Below are positions 30,329 through 39,931 of a stretch of 64,000 nucleotides of DNA, piece after piece. Position 1 is the first letter of the stretch; every line of letters begins with the position of its first letter. The position numbers and the translations under genes are program-made. Source of the stretch: a bacterium (GTDB lineage: Bacteria; Bacteroidota; Bacteroidia; UKL13-3); contig JAWXAZ010000010.1 in the NCBI GenBank assembly GCA_034439755.1, forward strand, positions 9,786 through 73,785, read 5' to 3'. The notes under the pieces are model-generated. The model was not told the DNA's origin and did no database searches. It saw only the letters and a program-made list of their open reading frames with translations.

Positions 30329-30705
30329 TAATCTACTTTCTTTTTTTGTTTGTAGGGAACATACACAAATCTTGCGTCGCCGGGGGTGATGAGCAATATG
30401 CACATCGTTTCCTTGGGGTTCTTATAATTGGCAATAAAGTCTTGTTCTCTTTCTGGTAACACCAATTTTTTTTCTACCAATTCTTCCAGGGTACTCGCAT
30501 GAATGGTGAAATCGCGGGCATAATCTCCTGCCAACAAAATTGGTTCACCCAATTTTACCTCGTGCTGATGTGCTACAAAAATGGGATACTTGGTAAAACC
30601 CTCTTTAAGCAAATCTTGCGAAACCTCTTTAATCATTGGACTATAGAACTGAAGATCGTCGGCCAAAATATCCAATAGTTTTTTTAAAATTTCTTCTTTA
30701 TCCAT
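30328..30705 (-). CDS. Hypothetical protein
   Basis: 125-aa ORF coupled by TAATG overlaps to rlmD and the GT2 gene; YPIFVAH segment. Confidence 0.8.
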   Translation of the reverse strand: MDKEEILKKLLDILADDLQFYSPMIKEVSQDLLKEGFTKYPIFVAHQHEVKLGEPILLAGDYARDFTIHASTLEELVEKKLVLPEREQDFIANYKNPKETMCILLITPGDARFVYVPYKQKKKVD

Positions 30706-32120
30706 TATTTTAATTCAAGTAAAGCGATGTTTTCTACATGGTGTGTATGTGGAAACATATCAACTGGTTGAACTTTAATTACCTGGTATACGTCTGTCAT
30801 TAAAGCAATGTCTCTTGCTTGTGTAGCAGGATTGCAACTCACATAAACTATTCTTTTGGGACGAACTTGCAACAGTTGGTTAATTACATCTTCGTGCATG
30901 CCTGCTCTCGGGGGATCTGTAATCACAACATCTGGTTTGCCATTTTTTTCAATGAAGCTACTCGTAAGTAAATCTTTCATATCGCCAGCAAAGAAATCGG
31001 CATGTTCAATATTGTTTAAGGCAGCATTTTTCTTGGCATCTTCAATGGCTTGTTCTACACTTTCTATGCCCACTACTTTCTTGGCCATTTTGGAAACAAA
31101 CAAAGCAATGGTTCCAACGCCGGTATACAAATCGTACACCAATTCTTCGCCAGTTAAACCGGCAAATTCGAGGGTTTTTTTGTATAATTCGATGGTTTGG
31201 TAAGCATTTGTTTGAAAGAAAGATTTTGGTCCGATCTTGAATTTTAAATCTTCCAATTCTTCAATTAAAAACGCGTTTCCTGCAAACACTTTTATGTCTA
31301 AATCGAAAATGGTATCGTTTCTTTTTTCATTGATTACATACAACAAAGAGCTTATCTCTGGAACCGTTTGGTGAATGTGGTTTAACAAGGCTTCTCTTTT
31401 TTCTTTATCCTCATATCCTAAACTCACAATGAGCATCCATTCGCCTTTCATGTTATTGCGGAGTGTAAGGTTTCTTAAGAATCCAGTTTGCCCATAAAGG
31501 TTAAAGAAATCGTAATCGTTTTCCTTGCAAAAGTCTCTCACGCAATTGCGAATAACATCGTTAATTGGTGGCATGAGGTGACAAGTAAACACGTCGAACA
31601 CCTTATCGAATCTACCCGGAATGTGATACCCTAAACCTACATTTTCTGCTTTACTTAGGGTGCCAATGTCCACTTTGTCGGTTAGCCATTTTCTATCTGT
31701 ACTCGAAAATTCCACTTTGTTTCTATACTGTGTGGTTTTGGCTGAACCAAGGATAGGTTCTATGGGCGGGAAGGGGAATTTACCTATTCTCTCAAAAGCA
31801 TCCTGCACTTGTTGTTGCTTGTATCGCAATTGCGATTCATAGCTCATTTGTTGCCATTTGCAACCGCCACAAGTGCCAAAATGTTCGCAGAATGTTTCTA
31901 CCCTATCTGGCGACGGACTAATTATTTCGGTGATGGTGGCTAATTCGAAACGCCTTTTGTCTTGAATAACCCGGGCATTTACTATATCTCCTGGCACGGC
32001 ATATTCAACCATTACCACTTTTCCATCTTCTGGTCTTGCTATACTTTTTCCCTCGCTTCCTGCCGAAACAATGCTAAGGTTTTCATAAAACTTAGGTTCT
32101 TTACTTTTCTTTTTACCCAT
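30705..32120 (-). CDS. rlmD: 23S rRNA (uracil(1939)-C5)-methyltransferase
   Basis: TRAM domain, CEHFGTCGGC, SFFQTN, DPPRAG, YVSCNP and DMFPHTHHVE. Confidence 0.95.
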   Translation of the reverse strand: MGKKKSKEPKFYENLSIVSAGSEGKSIARPEDGKVVMVEYAVPGDIVNARVIQDKRRFELATITEIISPSPDRVETFCEHFGTCGGCKWQQMSYESQLRYKQQQVQDAFERIGKFPFPPIEPILGSAKTTQYRNKVEFSSTDRKWLTDKVDIGTLSKAENVGLGYHIPGRFDKVFDVFTCHLMPPINDVIRNCVRDFCKENDYDFFNLYGQTGFLRNLTLRNNMKGEWMLIVSLGYEDKEKREALLNHIHQTVPEISSLLYVINEKRNDTIFDLDIKVFAGNAFLIEELEDLKFKIGPKSFFQTNAYQTIELYKKTLEFAGLTGEELVYDLYTGVGTIALFVSKMAKKVVGIESVEQAIEDAKKNAALNNIEHADFFAGDMKDLLTSSFIEKNGKPDVVITDPPRAGMHEDVINQLLQVRPKRIVYVSCNPATQARDIALMTDVYQVIKVQPVDMFPHTHHVENIALLELK

Positions 32121-32204
32121 GAGGGCCGCAAGATAATAAAAAAAAGACGGAGCTTCTAGCAATCTTGATGCGGGTTATTGCTAAGTACTTATCAAAAAAA
32201 TGTG

Positions 32205-32219
32205 TTGGTTCAAACCGAA
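32205..32219 (+). repeat. Dispersed motif TTGGTTCARACCGAA, exact copy (intergenic, 2 nt beyond the murB stop codon)
   Basis: ttggttcaaaccgaa. Confidence 0.8.
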
Positions 32220-32221
32220 TC

Positions 32222-33241
32222 TTAAGAAACAATATTTACTTCTGGGTTAATATCGATGCCAAAGGTTTCCTTTACACTGGCTTTTATTTGCAAGGCTGCG
32301 GCATAAATTTCATTGCCTGTTGCACCGCCATAATTTACCAAAACCAGGGCTTGGTCTTTGTGGGCACCTGTATTTCCGATTCGTTTGCCTTTAAACCCGC
32401 ATTGCTCAATGAGCCAACCCGCAGGCACTTTCACAAGGCCGTTTTCTAATTTATAGCCGGGCATTTGTGGATGTTTAAGGAGCAAATCCTTGTACATGGA
32501 TTCTTCAATTTCGGGATTTTTAAAAAAGCTACCAGAGTTGCCTAATACTTTTGGATCGGGCAATTTAATGCTTCTAATTTGAATCACTGCTTCACTTACA
32601 TCCTTCATATTAGGTTGAGTGATGCCTTTTAATTGAAGCGTTTCTTGAATAGCGCCATACTTGGTATTAAGCTCTGCTTTTTTATTCAGTTTAAAGGTTA
32701 CCGCAACAATGATATATTGGTCTTTGGCCTCGTTTTTAAAAATACTTTCTCGGTAGCCAAATTTACATTCTGCATTACTGAATTTTACCAATTTTCCCGA
32801 TTCAATTTCAATTGCAAACAACTCCTCAAAAGTGTCTTTAATTTCTGCCCCATAAGCCCCAATATTTTGCATTGGAGCAGCGCCTACACAGCCTGGTATT
32901 AAAGAAAGATTTTCTACACCGCCTAAATTTTTGTTGACGCAATATAGAACAAAATCGTGCCAGAGCTCGCCACTCATGGCTTTTACCCAAACATAATCTT
33001 CATTTTCTTTAATGATATCTAGGCCTGTTAAATTCATGCGAATAACCATCCCCTCATAATTTTGTGTGAGCAAAATATTGCTGCCACCGCCCAAAATGAG
33101 TTTTTTTCTTTCATGTAAATTGAAAGTAGTACACAAAACTTGCACCTCTTCCACGGTTTTAACTTCCACAAATTGTTCGGCTAAAACATCAATTCCAAAG
33201 GTGTTATAGGGTTTTAACGATATGTTTTGATAAATCACCAT
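32222..33241 (-). CDS. murB: UDP-N-acetylmuramate dehydrogenase
   Basis: LGGGSN, IPGCVGAAPMQNIGAYG, FGYRESIFK, GSFFKNP and LVNYG; start MVIYQN at 33241. Confidence 0.97.
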   Translation of the reverse strand: MVIYQNISLKPYNTFGIDVLAEQFVEVKTVEEVQVLCTTFNLHERKKLILGGGSNILLTQNYEGMVIRMNLTGLDIIKENEDYVWVKAMSGELWHDFVLYCVNKNLGGVENLSLIPGCVGAAPMQNIGAYGAEIKDTFEELFAIEIESGKLVKFSNAECKFGYRESIFKNEAKDQYIIVAVTFKLNKKAELNTKYGAIQETLQLKGITQPNMKDVSEAVIQIRSIKLPDPKVLGNSGSFFKNPEIEESMYKDLLLKHPQMPGYKLENGLVKVPAGWLIEQCGFKGKRIGNTGAHKDQALVLVNYGGATGNEIYAAALQIKASVKETFGIDINPEVNIVS

Positions 33242-33310
33242 ATTTGTATGGCAAATAAAGAAATTCGAATGAAAAAAGCGATATAAAAAAAATATTCTAT
33301 TTTGCACCAA

Positions 33311-35200
33311 ATGTTGCACGCTTTTAAACTTCTACTCACTAGATTGGCAATAGCCATGTTATTTGCCTCTTTGTGCAGGTTGCTTTTCTTGATATTTAAT
33401 CCTGTTTTTTTTCAATACTCGGTTGCAGATTTGGCTCAAGGGTTTTATTATGGCTTGCTGTACGATTTGTCTGTAACCATTTATGTGCATGGATTATTCT
33501 TGGCTTTGCATTTATTGCCTGCTAAATTGTTTTACAAAAAACCTTTGCAACAATTTTTGTTTTTCCTTTTTCTTTTTGGGCAATTGTTGATCTTGTTTTT
33601 TAACATGGTAGACATTGGTTATTTTCCGATTTCGGGCAAGCGAAGTGGCATGGAAATATTTTCTATGGCTTCTGAGACTAATGGTTTGGTGCTGCAATAT
33701 TTAAGTGATTATTGGTATTTGTTATTGGCACTATTGGGCATGCTTTGGCTCAATTATAAGTTGTATTTGCCCAGCTATAAACAAGCAATTTCGATTGGGT
33801 TTGGTGCAAAATATAACCAACTTTCAACAGAAGTTTTATTGCGAATTTTTGTGCTTGCCTTTGCCTTTGTGGGTGCAAGGGGCGGTTTGAACCTATTGCC
33901 GTTAAATACTTTTGATGCTGCCAGGCAAACCCGCGCAGAATTGATTCCATTGGTGGTTAATACGCCATTTAATATGATCATAAGCACCCAACAATCTGGA
34001 TTAAAGGAGTTGAATTATATGTCGGTTCAAACCGAAGAAAAATGGTTTAACCCCATGCAAAAAATTGTTGGCGACAGCGTTTTAGTATCTAAACGAAATT
34101 TGGTGGTCATTGTAGTAGAAAGTTTAGGGAAAGAATATGTGGGATTTTATAACAATCAACATGGTTATACGCCCTTTTTAGATTCTTTAATGCAGTATTC
34201 GGAGGTTTATATGCATGCTTATGCCAATGGAAAGAAGTCTATTGAGGGCATTCCTGCTATTTTAGCTTCAATTCCTTCTTGGATGGAAACCCCTTATTTA
34301 AGCAGCTATTACCAAGGAAATGATTTGCATGGAGCGGCTTATTATTTGCAAAAGTTGGGCTATGATGCAAGCTTTTATCATGGTGGGAAAAATGGCACCA
34401 TGAGTTTCGATAATTTTATAGCTTTGAGTGGTGGCGGAAAATATTTTGGCAAGAATGAATATCCAACTAAAGCCGATTTTGATGGCTTTTGGGGTATATC
34501 GGATCAACCATATTTGCGTTATTTTGGAGCTGAGTTGGGTGAAAAAAAGGAGCCGTTTTTTTCTACAGTTTTTACCCTCACCTCTCATCATCCCTATGAG
34601 TTGCCTGCGGGTGAAAAGGGTAAATTTCCCATGGGAACTTTGCCTATTCATCAAACAATTGGCTATGCCGACGATGCCTTGCGGGCCTTTTTTACTTATG
34701 CAAAAACACAGTCTTGGTATGCCCATACGAGTTTTATTTTAACGGCCGATCACAGTGCAGAAAATGTAAGGCCCTATTATCAAAGTGCACAGGGGAAATA
34801 TGAGGTGCCATTATTTGTGTTTAGGCCAGGTTATACAACGCTTAAATTGAATAATAGAACATTATCGCATCTAGATATAATGCCCTTGATATTGCAGGAG
34901 GCAAATTATGCTGATTCATTTTTTAGTTTCGGAATTAATCCTAAATCGGAGTCTAAAAATGGGGCTGCTATTCAATATCAAGATGGGTATTATCGCATAA
35001 TTCAATGGCCTTATGTTTATCATTTTGATGGGCAAAACACTTTGGCTTTGTTTAATGTGAGTGAAGACTCTTTGTTAAAGAAAAATTTAATGAATGAGCA
35101 AATTCTTAAGCCAAAATTGGATAGCATGGATATGCTGCTAAAAAGTACTTTGCAAAGCTATCACCGCAAGTTGATAAGCAACAAAGCATTTTTACCTTAG
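33311..35200 (+). CDS. LTA synthase family / sulfatase-like membrane protein
   Basis: About five N-terminal TM segments; VIVVES, TPFLDSL, TSHHPY and TADH motifs. Confidence 0.9.
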   Translation: MLHAFKLLLTRLAIAMLFASLCRLLFLIFNPVFFQYSVADLAQGFYYGLLYDLSVTIYVHGLFLALHLLPAKLFYKKPLQQFLFFLFLFGQLLILFFNMVDIGYFPISGKRSGMEIFSMASETNGLVLQYLSDYWYLLLALLGMLWLNYKLYLPSYKQAISIGFGAKYNQLSTEVLLRIFVLAFAFVGARGGLNLLPLNTFDAARQTRAELIPLVVNTPFNMIISTQQSGLKELNYMSVQTEEKWFNPMQKIVGDSVLVSKRNLVVIVVESLGKEYVGFYNNQHGYTPFLDSLMQYSEVYMHAYANGKKSIEGIPAILASIPSWMETPYLSSYYQGNDLHGAAYYLQKLGYDASFYHGGKNGTMSFDNFIALSGGGKYFGKNEYPTKADFDGFWGISDQPYLRYFGAELGEKKEPFFSTVFTLTSHHPYELPAGEKGKFPMGTLPIHQTIGYADDALRAFFTYAKTQSWYAHTSFILTADHSAENVRPYYQSAQGKYEVPLFVFRPGYTTLKLNNRTLSHLDIMPLILQEANYADSFFSFGINPKSESKNGAAIQYQDGYYRIIQWPYVYHFDGQNTLALFNVSEDSLLKKNLMNEQILKPKLDSMDMLLKSTLQSYHRKLISNKAFLP

Positions 35201-35279
35201 CCTATTTAGTTGGGCTATTTGTTTGATATATTTTCTTTCCCTCGTTGCTATTTTTAACACTGTTTAGAAATAAATGTTA

Positions 35280-35993
35280 TTACGCTAACCTATTAGCCTG
35301 TATAAGCTTTTGAAGGTTTTCTTTATACACCGCCCCAACAGAAATGGTTTGGTTGTTTATGATAAGACTATTGCTATCTGATTGGCTAATAAAATTGATG
35401 TTTACAATATACGATTTATGAACTCGGGCAAATTGTGGATAGGGTTTTAATTGGTCCTCAAAATTTTTCATGGTGCTATGAATGATAATGCGTTCATCGT
35501 TTACACATACTTTAATATAATCGCCTAAACCTTCAACCAACCAGATATTGTTAACATCAATACGCAGCCATTTGCTATCCGATCTTACAAATAGAACTTT
35601 TTGCGGGGCGGTATTTGGCGCTTGCAGTGTGTTTTGTTTTAAATGATATGCCTTTTCTATGGCCTTATTTAATCGCTCAAGGGAAATGGGTTTAAGTAAG
35701 TAATCAACAGCATTTAACTCATAGCTTTCTAGGGCATAATTTGGATAGGCCGTTGTATAGATAACCATAGGCGGCTCTTTTAACGAGCGCAAAAATTCAA
35801 TGCCATTTATCTCTGGCATGTTTATGTCTAATAGCAATAAATCAATTGGGTTTTTAATGATAAATGAATAGGCTTCAATGGCGTCTTTACAAGTGCCCAC
35901 AAGCTCTATGTTAGCATGGCCTTTTAAATGGCTTTGCAAAACCTCTATGGCTAGAGGCTCATCGTCTGTAATTAATGTGCGCAATGTGATCAT
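35280..35993 (-). CDS. LytTR family response regulator
   Basis: Receiver (DDEPLA, LLDINMP, YLLKP) plus LytTR domain (FARVHKSYIVN). Confidence 0.95.
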   Translation of the reverse strand: MITLRTLITDDEPLAIEVLQSHLKGHANIELVGTCKDAIEAYSFIIKNPIDLLLLDINMPEINGIEFLRSLKEPPMVIYTTAYPNYALESYELNAVDYLLKPISLERLNKAIEKAYHLKQNTLQAPNTAPQKVLFVRSDSKWLRIDVNNIWLVEGLGDYIKVCVNDERIIIHSTMKNFEDQLKPYPQFARVHKSYIVNINFISQSDSNSLIINNQTISVGAVYKENLQKLIQANRLA

Positions 35994-37072
35994 GCTTCGA
36001 GATTTATTTTAATTAGTATGTCGTAAATATCCACCTCTTCTTTTATTTCCATTTTAAAATTATCTGGATATAGCAATGCTAAACGTTTTTTTAGGTTTGC
36101 CAATCCTATACCTCCTATGTTTTCATTTAAGCTTTTGGCCGATTTTATAAAGGTGTTACGGCATTTTATGGCTAAAATACCTTTGTGAATATTAAACTCA
36201 AAATGGATGCTTGGTTGTTTCACATTTCTAGTATATTTAAATACATTTTCTAATACAGGTAGCCACAGCAAGGGTGCAATTTTATATTCGTTATCGGTAT
36301 GGATGGTAAATTGCATTTTATCTGTTTCGGGTATGCGCAAGAGTTCGATATCAATAAACGAAAGCATGATTTCCTTTTCGGCTTCAGCACTTACTAAATT
36401 GCCTTCCGATTCGTATAACATATAACGAAGCACTGCAGCAAGTTTTAGGATTAAATCTGGTGTTTGCGCATCTTTTTTTAAGGACAAGGCGTAAATGTTA
36501 TTTAACGTATTAAACAAAAAGTGTGGGTTAATTTGATTTTTTAAAAAGATGAGTTCAGCTTCTCTATGTTCATTGATGGCATTTTGTAGCGCGCTTAACT
36601 TGCTTTTTGAATGGTGATATAGTCCGAGTAAACCAAACACCACCAACCAAACGAGCATGGTAAAGAAATATGTTTCTATGTCTGCTAATACCTCTGTAAA
36701 GCTTACTCCATCGCCAATTTGCGACATAACCATACTTGTTTGTAAGGTATCAAGAAGGGGAAACCAACTATGGAGCAATTTTAGCATAACTACATACCCA
36801 TAACTAATGGATACTAGCAGTAGAAATGAGGAAGAATAATAGGCGATTTTTTTTCCTTTAAATAGAAATTTTGTTTGTAGATAAAAGTTATGGATATATG
36901 CGAGTGCTGCAAAAAAACTCATGTTTAAGAGAATTAATCCATAAAAAATGAGTCTACTATTCTCTGGCTGATCATCTGCATCTGGAAACTTAATGACAAT
37001 AAGGAGTATCCATAAATATATATTTAAAGCAGGCCTTGATCCAATTGTATATATCCACTGTTGTTTGTTCAT
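35990..37072 (-). CDS. LytS/YehU-type sensor histidine kinase
   Basis: N-terminal TM segments; LKNQINPHFLFNTLNNIY H-box; GGIGLANLKKRL. Confidence 0.93.
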   Translation of the reverse strand: MNKQQWIYTIGSRPALNIYLWILLIVIKFPDADDQPENSRLIFYGLILLNMSFFAALAYIHNFYLQTKFLFKGKKIAYYSSSFLLLVSISYGYVVMLKLLHSWFPLLDTLQTSMVMSQIGDGVSFTEVLADIETYFFTMLVWLVVFGLLGLYHHSKSKLSALQNAINEHREAELIFLKNQINPHFLFNTLNNIYALSLKKDAQTPDLILKLAAVLRYMLYESEGNLVSAEAEKEIMLSFIDIELLRIPETDKMQFTIHTDNEYKIAPLLWLPVLENVFKYTRNVKQPSIHFEFNIHKGILAIKCRNTFIKSAKSLNENIGGIGLANLKKRLALLYPDNFKMEIKEEVDIYDILIKINLEA

Positions 37073-37114
37073 TGGCGCCAAAGGTTTACTTTATTCATTA
37101 TAGGGCAATTTGTT

Positions 37115-37144
37115 TTCGACAAACCTATCATTTAATTCGACAAA
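37115..37144 (+). promoter_or_regulatory. Probable LytTR binding site: 9-bp direct repeats with 12-bp spacer
   Basis: TTCGACAAA at 37115-37123 and 37136-37144 (21-bp period), between the LytTR two-component genes and the divergent hydrolase gene. Confidence 0.7.
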
Positions 37145-37238
37145 ATTTCATGGTCGAATTGCAGGCATAGTTTATCTAAAAATACCATTTGCTAATAATT
37201 TTAATCGGTGTTTTGTGTTCGAATTTAAACCTAAAAAC

Positions 37239-38612
37239 ATGAAAAAACTTATTTACATCACTGCAATTATTGCGCTCTTTTTTATTGACAGGGCAAGCGC
37301 TCAAATTAGTCCAGAAGTGGACCAAGAATTACAAAGCACCTTGGATAGTGTTTGTAGCCTGTATAAAATTAAGGGGGTATCGGCAGCCGTTCTTCTGCCA
37401 GGAATTGGATTATGGAAGGGCGTTTATGGAGATTCTCATCAAGGGGTGAAAATGAGAAGTGATATGCTTTTAGGCATGGGAAGTAATACCAAAACACATA
37501 TTGCCGCTGCATTATTAATCATGCAACAAAATGGCCAATTGAGCTTAGATGATAGCATTGGAAAATGGATTATTGGCTACCCTAATATTCCTGCCAATAT
37601 TACCATTAGGCAATGTCTGAACCATAGCAGTGGATTACACGATTATTTACAAAATGATGCTATTAATGACAGTATTTTTGATAGACCAAATAGAATCTGG
37701 ACTAAATTGGAAATATTGAAAATGGCCAGTACGCCCAATTTTGCCCCCGGAAAGGGCTGGAGTTACTCAAATACAAATTATATTGTTGCAGGAATAATCA
37801 TTGAAATGGTTGCGAAAAAGGCGCCATTTGAAGTTATTCAGGAGCTAATTTTAAACCCGCACCAACTTAACAATACTTTTTATTACGGCGCACAAGGTGC
37901 TAAAGTAATTGCGCATCCCTGGAGTATGAATATGACAGGAACTGAATTAACAGACATGACCACCACCCCCTTGATGAACAATTTATTTAGTTTGGCAAAT
38001 ACAGCAGGTTGGCTCATCACTACAGCCGAAGACAATGTAAATTTTTGGTATAAACTATGCACGCAGCAAGTATTATCAAATCAATCTTGGCTCCAAATGA
38101 CGAGCATGAAGTCTATTGGTAGTAATACGTTCTATGGATTAGGAATTTTTAGATACAATAAGAAATTAAATGGCCGTACTTTTTATTCGCACGGAGGCAC
38201 CTTTTTTGGATACATTAACGAAAATGTTTTCGATACTACCTCAAAGGTTGCCATATCTGCCTTAACCAATCAAGATAGTTTAAATAATAATGGATTATTG
38301 GCCACAGTTATAAATGCTTTGCATAAATTAAGTTTAAAGCTGCCAACAAATGGTTTAAATACACTGTCTTCGGTTCAGTTCAGCGTTTTTCCAAATCCTG
38401 CAAATACAGAACTAAACCTACAATTGGATGAACCAAATTTTAATGGGGTAGTAGAACTTATCGACTATAATGGAAAGGTGATTTCCCAAGAGGAATTAAC
38501 CAAATCTAATATGCAGGTAAATACTTCTTACCTGCCAAATGGATTGTACTTATTGCGTGTGAGTACTTTTGGTAAAGTTTCCACTAAGCGAGTTTTGATA
38601 ATGCATAATTAA
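37239..38612 (+). CDS. Serine hydrolase (beta-lactamase/D-Ala-D-Ala peptidase family) with T9SS C-terminal domain
   Basis: SxxK (SNTK), YSN and HGG motifs; C-terminal VFPNPAN...NGLYLLRV; start MKKLIY at 37239. Confidence 0.9.
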   Translation: MKKLIYITAIIALFFIDRASAQISPEVDQELQSTLDSVCSLYKIKGVSAAVLLPGIGLWKGVYGDSHQGVKMRSDMLLGMGSNTKTHIAAALLIMQQNGQLSLDDSIGKWIIGYPNIPANITIRQCLNHSSGLHDYLQNDAINDSIFDRPNRIWTKLEILKMASTPNFAPGKGWSYSNTNYIVAGIIIEMVAKKAPFEVIQELILNPHQLNNTFYYGAQGAKVIAHPWSMNMTGTELTDMTTTPLMNNLFSLANTAGWLITTAEDNVNFWYKLCTQQVLSNQSWLQMTSMKSIGSNTFYGLGIFRYNKKLNGRTFYSHGGTFFGYINENVFDTTSKVAISALTNQDSLNNNGLLATVINALHKLSLKLPTNGLNTLSSVQFSVFPNPANTELNLQLDEPNFNGVVELIDYNGKVISQEELTKSNMQVNTSYLPNGLYLLRVSTFGKVSTKRVLIMHN

Positions 38613-38615
38613 TGT

Positions 38616-38661
38616 CAATAAATGAGCGTTGTTTGTTAGTAAAAACAACGCTCATTTATTG
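38616..38661. terminator. Perfect 19-bp inverted repeat, probable terminator
   Basis: CAATAAATGAGCGTTGTTT-N8-AAACAACGCTCATTTATTG, 3 nt after the stop codon. Confidence 0.8.
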
Positions 38662-38868
38662 TATAAAAGAATAATTTATACCGAAACCACAAAATATATA
38701 GTCCAATTTCGAAAAATATCTCCTTGTACTATTATTTTGTTATATTGGCATTAACCCTAGTAAAATTATCAAATGGCTTTGGGCTATTTAATAATTACAA
38801 TTGGTATTATTGGGATTAGAAAGATGCTTTAATTGAAAACTCAAAGCAAGATTCCTTGGATATCAAGT

Positions 38869-39222
38869 TTATAAAATGGCCAATTCATTCCTAATTTTTT
38901 TCGGAAGTTTGTCTACGATAAGTTGATAGGAATGGTCAATTAATTGCAGAATTAATTCGTCGCCTAAGTCCTGATTAAAATGAATCGTATTCCAATGTTG
39001 TTTATTCATGTGGAAGCCCGGAATAACTGCCGAATAGCGTTGCCTTAACTCTATGGCCTTTTCTGGCTCACATTTTAAATTGCACTTACTTGCCGCATCT
39101 AAACCAATTAGGCAAAACATTTTCGCGGCAACCTTAAATACAAGGGTTTCTTCACCAAATGGAAATGTTTCTACTACACCATTTTTGGCTAAACAATAAT
39201 CTCGCAACATTTCAATATGCAT
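38869..39222 (-). CDS. MmcQ/YjbR family DNA-binding protein
   Basis: FPFGEETLVFKV, NLKCEP and PGFHMNKQHWNT. Confidence 0.93.
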   Translation of the reverse strand: MHIEMLRDYCLAKNGVVETFPFGEETLVFKVAAKMFCLIGLDAASKCNLKCEPEKAIELRQRYSAVIPGFHMNKQHWNTIHFNQDLGDELILQLIDHSYQLIVDKLPKKIRNELAIL

Positions 39223-39235
39223 GAGAATAATATAC

Positions 39236-39856
39236 TTATAAAATGCCAAACAATTTTATGCCAACTTGGAGGGTAATCATGCCGTTTTTGAGGGTAGGAG
39301 CAATGCCATTATATTCAAATGCTGAGCCCATACTATTGTTATTGAAATCATATTTAGCGTCTACCCTAAACTTCATTAAATCTAATCCAGCACCCAATTG
39401 AATACCAGTGGTATTTTTGGTTAAATCCATTTTTTTAAACGCGGCAACATTATTAGGAATATCGGTGTTTTGGCCAACTAAAAACTGAAAATTTGGTCCG
39501 CCATAAATGCGAAATGTTTTAAACATTTTGAATCCAAATAAAACGGGTACATCCATATAACTTGCAGAATGGCTAAAGGTGTATTTTTGCCCTGCATCTG
39601 TAATGGTAAAATTACTTGCGCGTTTATTATAAATCAATTCGGGTTGAATAAAAAAACCTATCACAACAATTTTGAATCTACTATACACTCCAAAATTATA
39701 AGTTGTATTGGCTTCAACCTTAGCATCCAATGTGCCTTTATCATGGAGGGTAATATTGTCTGAACTAAATCCGGCCTTTAATCCAAACTCTAGTTCTTGG
39801 CTAAAGGCCCAAGGTGCTGCAGCCATTAACAATAGGCTTATTATTATTTTTTTCAT
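39236..39856 (-). CDS. Outer-membrane beta-barrel (porin family) protein
   Basis: Signal peptide; FGLKAG, FIQPELIY, YMDVPVLFG and GGP motifs. Confidence 0.85.
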   Translation of the reverse strand: MKKIIISLLLMAAAPWAFSQELEFGLKAGFSSDNITLHDKGTLDAKVEANTTYNFGVYSRFKIVVIGFFIQPELIYNKRASNFTITDAGQKYTFSHSASYMDVPVLFGFKMFKTFRIYGGPNFQFLVGQNTDIPNNVAAFKKMDLTKNTTGIQLGAGLDLMKFRVDAKYDFNNNSMGSAFEYNGIAPTLKNGMITLQVGIKLFGIL

Positions 39857-39896
39857 CGCAAAAATTTAATTCTCAAAGCTAAAAATTTAGAAGGAT

Positions 39897-39924
39897 AAAA
39901 AAAACCGGGTCTAAACCCGGTTTT
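39897..39924 (-). terminator. Intrinsic terminator after the DPP III gene
   Basis: AAAACCGGGT / ACCCGGTTTT stem with a U8 tail on the minus strand. Confidence 0.85.
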
Positions 39925-39931
39925 AAAAAAC

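Noticed and set aside
38662-38868. AT-rich gap as a possible gene remnant
   Set aside because: Only short hydrophobic-looking fragments; nothing can be supported without a search.
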